Shown one piece after another: positions 38,901-46,584 of a DNA stretch of 64,000 nucleotides. The translations under genes and the position numbers were made by a program. Under the pieces are notes generated by a model, which saw only the letters and a program-made list of their open reading frames with translations, did not search any database and was not told where the DNA came from. Source of the DNA: a virus; the IMG/VR virus record IMGVR_UViG_3300022562_000520, positions 1 to 64,000 of that record; one strand, written 5' to 3'. Position 1 is the stretch's first letter. Every line of letters begins with the position of its first letter.

Positions 38901-41019
38901 TTTGTGGTGATCCACCATCATATCCAAGTATTGGTGTTGCAGAATCTGATATAGCAATATATGGATTATCCACTTGGTGGGGGGCTGGTGTAGCATCGTC
39001 TGCACCAAGAAATAACCAATGCACTCCATAACCTTGCCACACATCATCCATAACGGTTTTAAAAGGATAGATTTCATATGTATTAGGTATTAAGTTAATA
39101 AGATCACCGGTTGAGTTTGGTTTTACTGTAAAAGTAACAAACGTTCTATATGGATGTGTACTAGGGCTTGACTTGTATTCAGAATAATCAACCGTATATA
39201 TTGTAGGTGATGTTCCATTACTAATATAAACCTGTTTACCAGCCACGAAGTAATCTGTTAAATCACCATAACGTGTATCAAATATAACTGTTTTATTATT
39301 AATATCTACACTACTTTCAAGCTCCCACCATGTAATTGGTGCAATTTCTATTGAAGGCGGTTTAATATCTGTAGCGGAGAATATATCATCTACTTCGCTT
39401 CGATATGACCAGTTGTATAATATTCTTGTCCATTCATTTAATTCTAAATCCCAATCGTATTCAATAATTGGTTGTGTGGCTCGTCTGACAGATGCGTAAT
39501 TTGTAATATCATTTTTATGTACCCATTTATTTTGCGAAATCCACTGATCCATGGCTTCTATTCTTGGTCTTATATCACATGCTTCAGTAAGATCCCATAA
39601 GGCAAATCCTGTTGTAGCATCGAGTAATAAGTTAAAATTATTCCAAAGAATCTTCCAACCTATTGTAGTATCATACTGATAAAGTCTGTTATTAGTGGAA
39701 TCGTGCCATAATTCATCTTGTGAGCCAGCACCAACTGGTGGGCCTGCATTGGTGATACTATCAATGAAGTTTGTGTGGTCTGAAATACCATCACTTACAG
39801 GATTACCAAAACTATCTATAACATCACCCCATAATGGAATGTTTGGGTTATCATCCCACAAATTTCCTTCATCCCATCCGCCCAATATACCACATTGACA
39901 GTTCTTTTCAGCTATATAAACTGAATACTGTTCATTTAATGATAATTCACCACCCAAAACCGTATTATCCGTGACCGCGTTTTTAATAGTTATAATTGTT
40001 TGTAAATTATCAATATCTGCTTCCGAACTGACGATTTCAATATATGAGTTATTTAATTCAAGGTTGGCCAGATTTCGTATAAAGATAATAAAACCTTCTT
40101 TAAATAATTCTGAATAGTCACCGCTTTCTAAACCGGATGATGTTACTACTTCTGGTGAACCTTCATATGTAAGAGTATAATTTGACCCGATTACAATTTT
40201 ATCAAACCTGCGAAGTTTTAATGTTCCTATGGAGTTCTCATTAGTGACTAGATCATTAACGGTAAATATAGTTAAATTGTTAACCCCATCATATACTGGT
40301 AAACTATTAACCTGATGTGCACCATTATTATACGCCGTTCCTTCAATAGTAAAGTATTCATTTTCTGATAAGCTACTGGTTGCATCACCAATAACACTAA
40401 TTTCATTTCCTGAAAAATCTATATTAGAGATTGTATATGATGGTAAGCTGTTTATGTTATCGGCGGGTAACATTTCAACAAGAGGGAAAGTATCACCATA
40501 TTGATTCATTATGCTTTCCCACCATGTTACTCTTGAAGTAGCTGTGGAGCATTTGTTACGAACGGTTATATATTGTGGAAGTTCATTAGTTTCAGAATCC
40601 CAATAATAATCACGATAGTTTATTATTTTATTAATATCGATTGGTGGTGCCCAGTTGAATTTTTGGGTTGCACCCCAATTAGCAAAATCTTCAAGGTCTA
40701 CACCCAATCTTTCTAATTCGTGTTGGATATCTTTCCATGAAGCCATGTGTTCTATGGAACCAATTTTATCATATAGGATAGGTTGTAACTGGAAGGCTTG
40801 ACGATGAACGTCTTTTTCTTTTATTTGACGTTTAACTATAGCGGAGCTATTTCCTTTACCAATATAACCCGCGACCTTATCTACTTCCTGTTTAGATAGG
40901 TATCTATTAAACAAGTTGCTGAATAGGCTGATATTTGTATCAGACTGATATGGCTCTGGCAGCAAATGTACCAAATCCATAAAAGCTTTTGTATAATCTG
41001 ATTTATTATTGTGCGACAC
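29929..41019 (-). CDS. giant (3696 aa) baseplate wedge-like structural protein
   Basis: Uninterrupted 11-kb ORF in the baseplate operon; GTG start after GGAG; 11 GSP motifs. Confidence 0.8.
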   Translation of the reverse strand: MSHNNKSDYTKAFMDLVHLLPEPYQSDTNISLFSNLFNRYLSKQEVDKVAGYIGKGNSSAIVKRQIKEKDVHRQAFQLQPILYDKIGSIEHMASWKDIQHELERLGVDLEDFANWGATQKFNWAPPIDINKIINYRDYYWDSETNELPQYITVRNKCSTATSRVTWWESIMNQYGDTFPLVEMLPADNINSLPSYTISNIDFSGNEISVIGDATSSLSENEYFTIEGTAYNNGAHQVNSLPVYDGVNNLTIFTVNDLVTNENSIGTLKLRRFDKIVIGSNYTLTYEGSPEVVTSSGLESGDYSELFKEGFIIFIRNLANLELNNSYIEIVSSEADIDNLQTIITIKNAVTDNTVLGGELSLNEQYSVYIAEKNCQCGILGGWDEGNLWDDNPNIPLWGDVIDSFGNPVSDGISDHTNFIDSITNAGPPVGAGSQDELWHDSTNNRLYQYDTTIGWKILWNNFNLLLDATTGFALWDLTEACDIRPRIEAMDQWISQNKWVHKNDITNYASVRRATQPIIEYDWDLELNEWTRILYNWSYRSEVDDIFSATDIKPPSIEIAPITWWELESSVDINNKTVIFDTRYGDLTDYFVAGKQVYISNGTSPTIYTVDYSEYKSSPSTHPYRTFVTFTVKPNSTGDLINLIPNTYEIYPFKTVMDDVWQGYGVHWLFLGADDATPAPHQVDNPYIAISDSATPILGYDGGSPQSEVYEYTTSAYQQKYFVTKVGSPGNSWSTFYLTDSIEVGHTRPLNRQALYGFDDIRVYLTNAAGTDIERQFGTYDELGEVVLDIISIDYDTNEFIVDGNYSQYFNTGDTIRVSGNSNFGTMDFQVIPPTVPNSNRIRVSGSPGIPPGATISGDISNITSPIQPDADPDFSSNKNGITVYVVGIEFFNPVDAGLNVAIEVGASSIDELGSHLNKVRMVESDETYDLVGDSAISLINYRKVEQIKTRTNQYPLFDIFNVDGTPAYKANPIFGYRTSSEYEINVNTGFRIVYDSVNDIYEFDQFLLEEDDGVLYAYRDYANKEEDYWYNPDTQVVYFWRGVEWSDKTEMSEHYTKAIVSEVEPDSRLRAIDGLYWYNPVLDKLYRRFVSGNIWVEIEKFDNYVTDINLQTIWKGGLNDEMYIPEKVDWDVRSLEEYNTEKDDYITARAAELILKGTYTIEAEAITQATQEWFQSQINHLSSTGTWIGDWEIPDPLYYNHLHENRKYLNSRELLTHFSTIIEEQPLIPGYTGSKDGMFNLLPINDVNYGYGGTIKEFNYGFDNLLSSIFIDTVTPRTLIEFAHDQYEKLLNSVKEIYRENAISLLTNLEIANILDLSSYVATNVITEHELNDQASFVYGDSTTFIDVEGSNDIGIRNWIATLPYINLVNAMTPNRIVDDNLSLNDVVHHDGHRHSYKLTQATKDIISQLVVSSPDPRTIDRGIGVTSSMSPPDNISEFLTSFDAISNREGVYWYQIKSGEPNILYRYIVAESGEDQPSSSLPDGTLWMDLTPSLEVLRIKETDYQGNVEWNEVTGLLLGGGRLHNGTDPNDVTTATISAWQEVNLDTLLGDTIYEIETRLYDNVPTFPNLAYDFEQLANDNPVKYQQYLEEAFLDYVSQNEITSPYKNTEYNASDAFTWNYKNSSIGGGLTILEADGLTNSFLVAGDYVATFDPCTDSGACNSQITFYIKNSSVNDGTWKTLLSTPTTPTTYYDSGNDTTRIFVEGDVLDGTRGIIYSGVLPSLITISQPNNLNDGSESGGDWRDLYTKIYGTPYPHAEPWVLQGYIDKPDWWDEEYLNDDVEQWGDRKWKYKHGFDIVLSNNDGFDGQSLLGSPITYGQFGIAGDFHTNFYSGQSFTVDESVTHAGVYTIASRDDLIAINPGSAGSASFVIEDLPPDPAADIYQVGMVFSIAERTINPVYNILIKSFTIKSVSHSLNTFIITVEESIDVGEFNTTDHFINGLLYDPLTNITSIKLEQSVASDIPSGKILQAYGMWENIRIGVIPPNRTYPNGVLGMSGVPSEDTLLGLSVPDLPTFNYFSVNISNRPLSADGGTTTYNPDDVFPPYWDYITAFNGIPQNYDVLVRSLFSSYTTEVISPNASYVFGDAGNIEWEWRVSSQFLYDQLTVAFRIDPMRFSFLAFGFDLTTIGGLQVSKRIKNTASHTRVDFHGEVVDNQQYKSNGMNQWYVNYNRYSGYDANFSNFREMWTGWTAPLTYQFASFIDTPSLTFAHRYVNVSNFDYNIVAKRAPGINDYWLDALKVSITNVPYNLARYDNHIDWRFELKTNISISRNLKYYDVHNYQFYADPDTDICSLYTWEIKDLDTFNKTFTIAGDQTSTLIAGSQFDIQGSIGNDATYDIELSSYDTTTKLTTIFVSNNIPDAEISGVIKADYRTIPWETGDTIYLSTAETMPIPLATDTILGTTKYYIIRLSDTTFKVAETYNNAIAGIPIDITSAGRSDHFVGQIVSTFLADSGARSNTNWRIYALDKTNILEINTPQEIQGMQTLVNIIQGYASYLDDIGWKVNNDHTLQDPTSGKILNWQTETERFITYAYSQRVLREQLNDRYPVTVDITTDTFTFVDTNRTFITGDPVIVISSNNVFPTPLSQGIRYYVIRDTLDTFRLSATKQGAKDGIAIDILSISGVGNLSVSKPREFRASIKDFEINPFRNAIWFEPTVGIVSNVITGPSADVRSTQLIFNQNGDRISTDQLRVYRQDKLTKIEVLDAVEGETLPLISDAYTRLHLGGLHLFTDAYEHVMVLNNYTSEDNLLYDPFIGLNVTKYEMLFNRQKEFTQRPNVGGYYLSTFFNQGANLNENIEASVENLRNAYDTYRTLETNLMTEYARNGLGYEGTKDYLSNLNLSNKSQFLFWRGQIQAKGSINAVTAYINSRRFIDAKVDDYWAVKVGSFGSTGEKEYPEMFVATADARSNELRLEFIDNETNESSVENTFTAIKMSNTDRWYNQPDQTKVLRDNGKVMYFDMKIKNKWNYGNSPTDFITNNGSSYIKHDLDADFVEVTQEFVDTGTTVTLTEGTHYNIINNNIIEWLEGTGGSPNTVNNVTIWGLRYNDDAQNPARIIDREAETQISPIQFWDPARGKHYTTAIHNIDLINENDPARYGVTSQTQNYVDIWKDGFVGTTWLNTENLDYVPYYSEQMFPDRTERFRNWGNLADWSNIEIYEWVESDVPPAEWDALAAIEEGDRTIEEHLRKAGTARKILLRKVGSDWVPAVNKFVELYTAIDGVLSGNNYTFTPSLVNFDSVIEGSPETTKYYANVYINGIIYEENADITSGYVVNDAFIKEADVIRFVQFVPTNQDDIDILLAGSPETYRQEYEYTQVPYYDTLGNLFYNYYFWVTNKGTKPRDKNRTMSIAEAQVQLASIPAAHMFFQNPQAESSITAETSLVLRRELTTVTGSPPSIGGSPPAITYYTDYNIAEGTNVYVEVNGIDLISTEGHFSFTAGTNVIVINAVPGSPNFPANNDEITITYTAVDSIPQKLPNRFTQAIIRGLQGIVNADNRYTIRFTRDFTLRDNLENDSLTNGSTDLKNLHEEWKIFRREQQFNIDRWQWDKITESIIGYTLADTTIRVPSYERELYDEKYGTDTRYGLGTGQAFVNGDLALRTILAYLIDPNIDFSPINIDSFFTENSFDTADNIIAAMDEIYNNFSYTHVNRIYFSVLHDAFTTKAKYPDIFKTSMISLHGIRPFQTSGIFDD

Positions 41020-41046
41020 GGCTACACATTCTCCAATAGTTCCAAG

Positions 41047-41054
41047 TATTTATC
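41047..41054 (-). promoter_or_regulatory. late-type promoter GATAAATA
   Basis: ATAAATA core 28 nt upstream of the giant gene. Confidence 0.6.
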
Positions 41055-41080
41055 TGACTAACATTAGGCAAAAAAGCGCC

Positions 41081-44000
41081 TTATTGACGGATATTTTCCG
41101 GTGTAAATGACTGAACAATTTCAATGTTCTGCGTAGATATATCAGGTACAAAGATTTCATTTTCACGGGATTGAACTTGAAACAAATCACCAAACTGGTT
41201 TGTAGAAAAGGTTGGAACCAACACGATTGATTTTATTTCAGGACCAAGTGCGGCATGGATTGAAGCGGACAATTCGGTAAAAAAGAATGTACTACCAAAA
41301 TCCCAATCATCAATGTCAAAATAATCACGAATAACTTCAACGATTCTAACTTTAACTTCATTATCAGTTAAGTTACTGATTTCAGGGCGTATTACTTTAA
41401 ATGTAGCTTGTAATTCTGGAATTGCACGACTTCCAAAAAGTATTTTAAATAAACCAGTTTGTAATATTACCGTATCAGATATCATACGATTTTCAAGTAG
41501 GCTGTCATAGGCCGTTCTTAAATCTAATGGCGTTGGTGCATCTGGACTAATGTCAGTTTTATTTTCGAGCCAACGTGTAACACTTTCATAGTAGCCAGAA
41601 GTAATTATAAACATATCTATAATATTAGACGCAGCTGGATCTACTAAATGAAAACGCGGGGTTGTATAAAACCATGCAAAGTTCAAAGGATATCTTCCAT
41701 GTTCACGTCTATAAAGTCTATTGCGTTCAGAATTTAATAAATCAAGATACCATGCGGAACGAACAATAGCTGTATCCGTTACTGGAACCCATTCACTTGT
41801 TGAAGAATCGCGATTAAAATATACAAACTGCTTAGTACTAATTTGTATAGTCTGTCCTGCTGTAGTTCCATTTACGGTTAAATTTGTAAGTTCGGTACCT
41901 GTAACAGGTTCTATATTAGAAACGGTTCCATAAACAGTCGGGGAACCAAAATTCAATACCGGGGAACCACCAAAAGTTGGTAATAATTGGTCATGTGATA
42001 GTGGATCATTATATTGACCTATCGGAATAGTTGTATATCCTGGTGAGCCGCCTGTATAAACTGCGCCCGTACCATCGTTTAAAACACTATACGTACCATT
42101 ATAGTTACCATATGATGGATCTGTTGCACCATTTTGTATTCTTATTTTTGAACCTATTGGAAAATCTGCGGTAACATCACCTGATACTAAGACAGTATCT
42201 GGCGCTGATGGTGAACCTGGCATTGGTGAACCAATAGGGTTATTAATAATATTAACATCAATTATATCAAAAACAGGGTATAATCCCCAAGTTCCTATTG
42301 TGGCAGACCCATTGTCATAGTCAAAAACAGTACCATCGACGCTTACCAATACACTATCTGCTTCTGTACCATTTATAAAATATTGTGATGGTTTTATGAA
42401 AGTTACAGAAGTATAATCGTCTGTAGCTGCAAAAGTATCTGTAGAATATAATAATTCTAACTGGTCAATTTGATCTGGAATACCGTCATCATTAGTATCT
42501 GTTGGTATAACAAACAATCTACTATCATCTGGAACTCCAGCATTTGGAAGATTTTGAGCTACTAATTCTTGACCTAAAACGTTGTAAATTTTATTTTCAG
42601 TTAATACTGCATCCAAATTTCCATTTAAATTGGCGCGTAATATAACAATATTATCGTCATTAGAAGTTAATGTATTAAAGTTTATTACGCTTGACGTATT
42701 AGCATTTCTAAATTTAGTGCTAACGCTTTGCGCATTCATACGTTTAACTTGCCAACGTACTGTCCATCCTGATAAATTGCTTGCTGTAAATTGCGCTTCA
42801 ATTCTTATCATAAGACTTGAAGAAAATGGCAAGCCAGTTGATGGATTTATAGTTGTATTTGGTCCAACCGTCCAGTGTGGTATTTCAACGGTTGGGCTTC
42901 CAACAGCAGTTTGTGATTTAAAGTATAAATCTACCTGTGGGTTTGCTGACGTTGCTGCACTATTGAGTGCCGTTTCTATAAATGGTCTTTCTAAATCAAT
43001 ATCAAAAGTACAAGGTATTTGCCCAAGAATATTATAAAAATCACCACTACATAATAATGGTTCTACAAGATTGGTTATTACTTCATCCGCAGTTAATGCT
43101 AAATTTGAAATAGCAACGCCACCATTATTAATATCGTCTTCTACCCAAAATAATGCTAAATCTTCACCGAAAATTTTAACATCTTCATAGTATTCTTTAG
43201 GATCGTGCCACGCTATATACTTAGAATCACCAGCAAACGTTCTATTAACTGCTTGTAATTTCAATATAGAGGGGTCTTGTAACATAAAAGAATTATAGTC
43301 ACGGCCATTAACCATTCTATCCTGTGTATAATAAACAGATGGTGCAACCCTACGAATATGTTCAATATCTTCAGAAACCGAAGCATTTTGTAAAGAATTT
43401 ATTAATGAGAATGTAAACTTAAAAGTCTGTGTAGTATTTGTTAGGTCAAGATATGTAAATGATGCCGTTTGATCTACAACAGATGATTTTTGTATAATAC
43501 TATTACTGTTCGCAGAAATTCTGTACCAAATATCAAATTCACCAGAAGGTATATCTGAGAATTCCCCGTCACCAAAAATTAATCGTACTTGGTCATTATC
43601 TAATGTTTCAATTTCATATTTTTGACGATTTTTATCTGTATTAAAAATTATATTTTGCGCATTCGCCAAATCAACTTCGGTCCATTCACCATATCTACCA
43701 ATACCGTCTTCTAAGTGTGGCAATATATCTGCATATGGATTAGTTTCTACGATAACACGTGTACTTGGATCTACATTATTGAGCCAAACATCAGTTTCAT
43801 TAATATTGCTAACTAAAATATCGTGGGTTTGGTTTGGGGTAACACCATCGAAAGATTGGGTTACTAATTGTAATGTTCCTTGTTTTGTAAAGCAGAAAAA
43901 TCCTGTGGTATCTGAACCATCACCCAAACCATCTGAACCGTACAAAATTGAAAATTTGGCGTTTCTTTCGGGACGTTTTTCTACAGGCGAAGTTGATGTC

Positions 44001-44650
44001 AATGTAACAGGTACCAACTCCATTGGGAATGCTGTACCTGATGATGTTGCAGAATAGTTAAATGTTGAAACTCCACTACCCTTTAACGGTTGATTGTTCC
44101 AAGTATATAACTCAAACAATACGTCTTCTATCTGTACACGTTCATTCGGTGAAACGGTTCCAAAATCTTGTTCTAAAACACGATTCAATACAAGTAAAAA
44201 TTGTTCTTTCCAATCTGGATTATTTAAATCGTTCCAAACTATTTTGGTGTTAGCTAAATTTCTACCTTGCGAATCATTAACTTGTTCTGTAGTTTGAATA
44301 GATGTTATTTTAACTAAACCACGCGCAGCAATATTTCTTGATACTTTATAAGATATTAATTTTGCAAGACGAAGGATGGATTCTTTACGTTCAGCAGTAC
44401 TGATAAAGTTTTCGTGGGCATTTAAATCAAGTCTGTAAGAAATGATTTCACCAACGTATGCAAATATTTCAAGGATTGCTATAAATTCACTTGATTCAAT
44501 ATAATCGTTAAAATCTTCAGGAAAGTAAAGTTTTACATAATCTAAAAGACTTTCTTTGATTGTATTATAATCGAACGCCGAAAAGTTAACACGGGTAAAT
44601 ACCTCGTGTGCGCGTGTCCAAGCCTCCGCTCTAGATATTTCTATAGCCAT
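41081..44650 (-). CDS. baseplate wedge protein, T4 gp6-like
   Basis: DFNDYIESSE, ENFISTAERKESILRLA, FGDGEF, APSVYYTQDRMVNGRDY motifs; 6 GSP motifs in the central insertion. Confidence 0.85.
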   Translation of the reverse strand: MAIEISRAEAWTRAHEVFTRVNFSAFDYNTIKESLLDYVKLYFPEDFNDYIESSEFIAILEIFAYVGEIISYRLDLNAHENFISTAERKESILRLAKLISYKVSRNIAARGLVKITSIQTTEQVNDSQGRNLANTKIVWNDLNNPDWKEQFLLVLNRVLEQDFGTVSPNERVQIEDVLFELYTWNNQPLKGSGVSTFNYSATSSGTAFPMELVPVTLTSTSPVEKRPERNAKFSILYGSDGLGDGSDTTGFFCFTKQGTLQLVTQSFDGVTPNQTHDILVSNINETDVWLNNVDPSTRVIVETNPYADILPHLEDGIGRYGEWTEVDLANAQNIIFNTDKNRQKYEIETLDNDQVRLIFGDGEFSDIPSGEFDIWYRISANSNSIIQKSSVVDQTASFTYLDLTNTTQTFKFTFSLINSLQNASVSEDIEHIRRVAPSVYYTQDRMVNGRDYNSFMLQDPSILKLQAVNRTFAGDSKYIAWHDPKEYYEDVKIFGEDLALFWVEDDINNGGVAISNLALTADEVITNLVEPLLCSGDFYNILGQIPCTFDIDLERPFIETALNSAATSANPQVDLYFKSQTAVGSPTVEIPHWTVGPNTTINPSTGLPFSSSLMIRIEAQFTASNLSGWTVRWQVKRMNAQSVSTKFRNANTSSVINFNTLTSNDDNIVILRANLNGNLDAVLTENKIYNVLGQELVAQNLPNAGVPDDSRLFVIPTDTNDDGIPDQIDQLELLYSTDTFAATDDYTSVTFIKPSQYFINGTEADSVLVSVDGTVFDYDNGSATIGTWGLYPVFDIIDVNIINNPIGSPMPGSPSAPDTVLVSGDVTADFPIGSKIRIQNGATDPSYGNYNGTYSVLNDGTGAVYTGGSPGYTTIPIGQYNDPLSHDQLLPTFGGSPVLNFGSPTVYGTVSNIEPVTGTELTNLTVNGTTAGQTIQISTKQFVYFNRDSSTSEWVPVTDTAIVRSAWYLDLLNSERNRLYRREHGRYPLNFAWFYTTPRFHLVDPAASNIIDMFIITSGYYESVTRWLENKTDISPDAPTPLDLRTAYDSLLENRMISDTVILQTGLFKILFGSRAIPELQATFKVIRPEISNLTDNEVKVRIVEVIRDYFDIDDWDFGSTFFFTELSASIHAALGPEIKSIVLVPTFSTNQFGDLFQVQSRENEIFVPDISTQNIEIVQSFTPENIRQ

Positions 44651-44651
44651 A

Positions 44652-45029
44652 TTAATCCTCAAATTGGATGTTTAATTCAAAATCATCCACCTTATTTAAT
44701 TCTATATAAAACAATGTTGCATTAACATACAACGAGTTAGTATCAAAATCTGGTGTTACAGACATGTTTACCAGATTTATTCTTGGGTCATAGTCGAAAA
44801 TAGCCAAAAGTTCAGCATATACTTCATCCACCAAATCTTCATCTAATGGTTCAAACGCTAATTCAGGTATAATACTTCCAAATTCTGGCATCATCACACG
44901 CGTACCTTTCACTGTAAATATATGATTTAACAGATCCATTTTCACCAGTTCAACATCACGAAGTCTTAAAGACTTGTTTTTTTGAAACTCGAATGAGGAA
45001 TATCCCCTGTAAAGATTAGTGCGTGCCAT
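44652..45029 (-). CDS. gp25: baseplate wedge subunit, gp25-like
   Basis: DLLNHIFTVKGTRVMMPEFGSIIPELAFEP, YDPRI. Confidence 0.9.
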   Translation of the reverse strand: MARTNLYRGYSSFEFQKNKSLRLRDVELVKMDLLNHIFTVKGTRVMMPEFGSIIPELAFEPLDEDLVDEVYAELLAIFDYDPRINLVNMSVTPDFDTNSLYVNATLFYIELNKVDDFELNIQFED

Positions 45030-45054
45030 ATAATAAAATCCCAATACTATCTAA

Positions 45055-45062
45055 TATTTATT
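45055..45062 (-). promoter_or_regulatory. late-type promoter AATAAATA
   Basis: ATAAATA core upstream of the gp25-like gene. Confidence 0.55.
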
Positions 45063-45079
45063 TCCTGTCGGTTTAGTAA

Positions 45080-46582
45080 TTATCGGTGCCAATTAGGGTT
45101 ACGATCAATGAGTTCCCCGCGTTCTGATTTACCAACATTTGGGTCATCATATGTAAATTCTGCGGAATTGGTATGGGTATTACCAGTACTGTTGTCTGTG
45201 GCAGATACTTTAGTCATTACCCTTGCCCATGGTTCATGTTCTGGAACGCGATTAGTCCAAAAAGCTTCCTTGGTATTACTGGCACTGGCTGGTGTTGCAG
45301 CAGCAGCTGGTGGTCCATTGAGGTGAATCGCGGAACCAGTTTGCAATATCTGACCACCCGCATTTATATTCGCATCACCATCGGAAGCCAACTTTAATAC
45401 ACCACCTGTTATATTAGTTTCACTTGAGCCAGTTAAATGTATATTCGTAGCTAATATATTTAAATCACTATCACTTTTAAGTTGTAAATTTCCAGACTTG
45501 GCGTGAAGTCGTACCTCCGTTTCTGAAATAAGATGAATACCATTTTTGGCTTTTACGCGAAATGTATCACCAGCTGTAAAGTTAATATCTTTTTCTGCAT
45601 GATATGAAATGTTTCCTTTTGCATAGATATCAATATTACCTGTTTTTTCATCAAGTTCTATCCACGATTTTCCACCTGCTACACTAAGATAGATGCGTTC
45701 ATTAGTATCATCTAAAATAATTTGATGTCCTTGTGTTGTTCTAACACGAATGCGGCAACTTTTAGCTGAGTCACCCATCGATATAGAATGAAAGCCTGGA
45801 GTAGTCCACGAATAAACTTGTGGATCATATGCAAAAACTGTAGTATCGGATGTTAATCCATCTTCTAATCTTGTCTTGTGATATCCATGTGTATTCTCTA
45901 TTTCGTTACCGTCTTTTTCTGTAAATGTTTCCGCTTTATCATCTATATGTGAAGTAAAAAGAACATCATCAGTATCAATAAAAAACGAATCGATACCTGC
46001 TACACCAATATCTGCACCACGTGTTCTATATTCGTAATTTTTTCGTGGATCAATAGGTATTCCTGAACCAACACTATCTAATGATTTTTGGAAGGCCATT
46101 GTTTGACTATCATATAAAGGTTGAAGTGCTTCTTCTGTTGATGTTAATGGCCCAGAGGGTTCATCTTGTAAACCATTTTCTTTATTATACGAATATCTAC
46201 CATGAGGTAATGTGTGTGGTAAAAATTGATCATGTAAACATCCCAAATAAACGCGGAATTTAGGATCGCCTTCGATACATGCTACTAAAACATATGTGCC
46301 GACTTTGGGCACATTAAACATACCATATGCTACAGGCCCAGATGATATATTATCTTCACGGCCACGGGCTAGTGAAGTTGTTGTACCTGCTAATGGTGAT
46401 ATTGGTGTTGCCCATGGAATGGTTTTTATTGGGGTATCTTTTGTATCACCAAAATATGGACATGCGATACGAATCCTTCCCATTTGCTGCGGATCGTTCG
46501 TATCTACTACTTCACCCAATGTTAACTGTTCAAATTCACCAGTAACACCAAGGCCATTGTTTATATCATCAAATATTGACAT
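45080..46582 (-). CDS. baseplate central spike, gp5/VgrG-like (OB fold plus beta-helix, no lysozyme domain evident)
   Basis: GEVVDTNDPQQMGRIRI, PKVGTYVLV, GHQIILDDT, RVPEHEPW. Confidence 0.88.
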   Translation of the reverse strand: MSIFDDINNGLGVTGEFEQLTLGEVVDTNDPQQMGRIRIACPYFGDTKDTPIKTIPWATPISPLAGTTTSLARGREDNISSGPVAYGMFNVPKVGTYVLVACIEGDPKFRVYLGCLHDQFLPHTLPHGRYSYNKENGLQDEPSGPLTSTEEALQPLYDSQTMAFQKSLDSVGSGIPIDPRKNYEYRTRGADIGVAGIDSFFIDTDDVLFTSHIDDKAETFTEKDGNEIENTHGYHKTRLEDGLTSDTTVFAYDPQVYSWTTPGFHSISMGDSAKSCRIRVRTTQGHQIILDDTNERIYLSVAGGKSWIELDEKTGNIDIYAKGNISYHAEKDINFTAGDTFRVKAKNGIHLISETEVRLHAKSGNLQLKSDSDLNILATNIHLTGSSETNITGGVLKLASDGDANINAGGQILQTGSAIHLNGPPAAAATPASASNTKEAFWTNRVPEHEPWARVMTKVSATDNSTGNTHTNSAEFTYDDPNVGKSERGELIDRNPNWHR

Positions 46583-46584
46583 TT

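Noticed and set aside
11689-44650. GSP as a DNA-level repeat, mobile mini-element or CRISPR-like array
   Set aside because: Codons differ between copies, including TCN versus AGY serine, and spacing is irregular.
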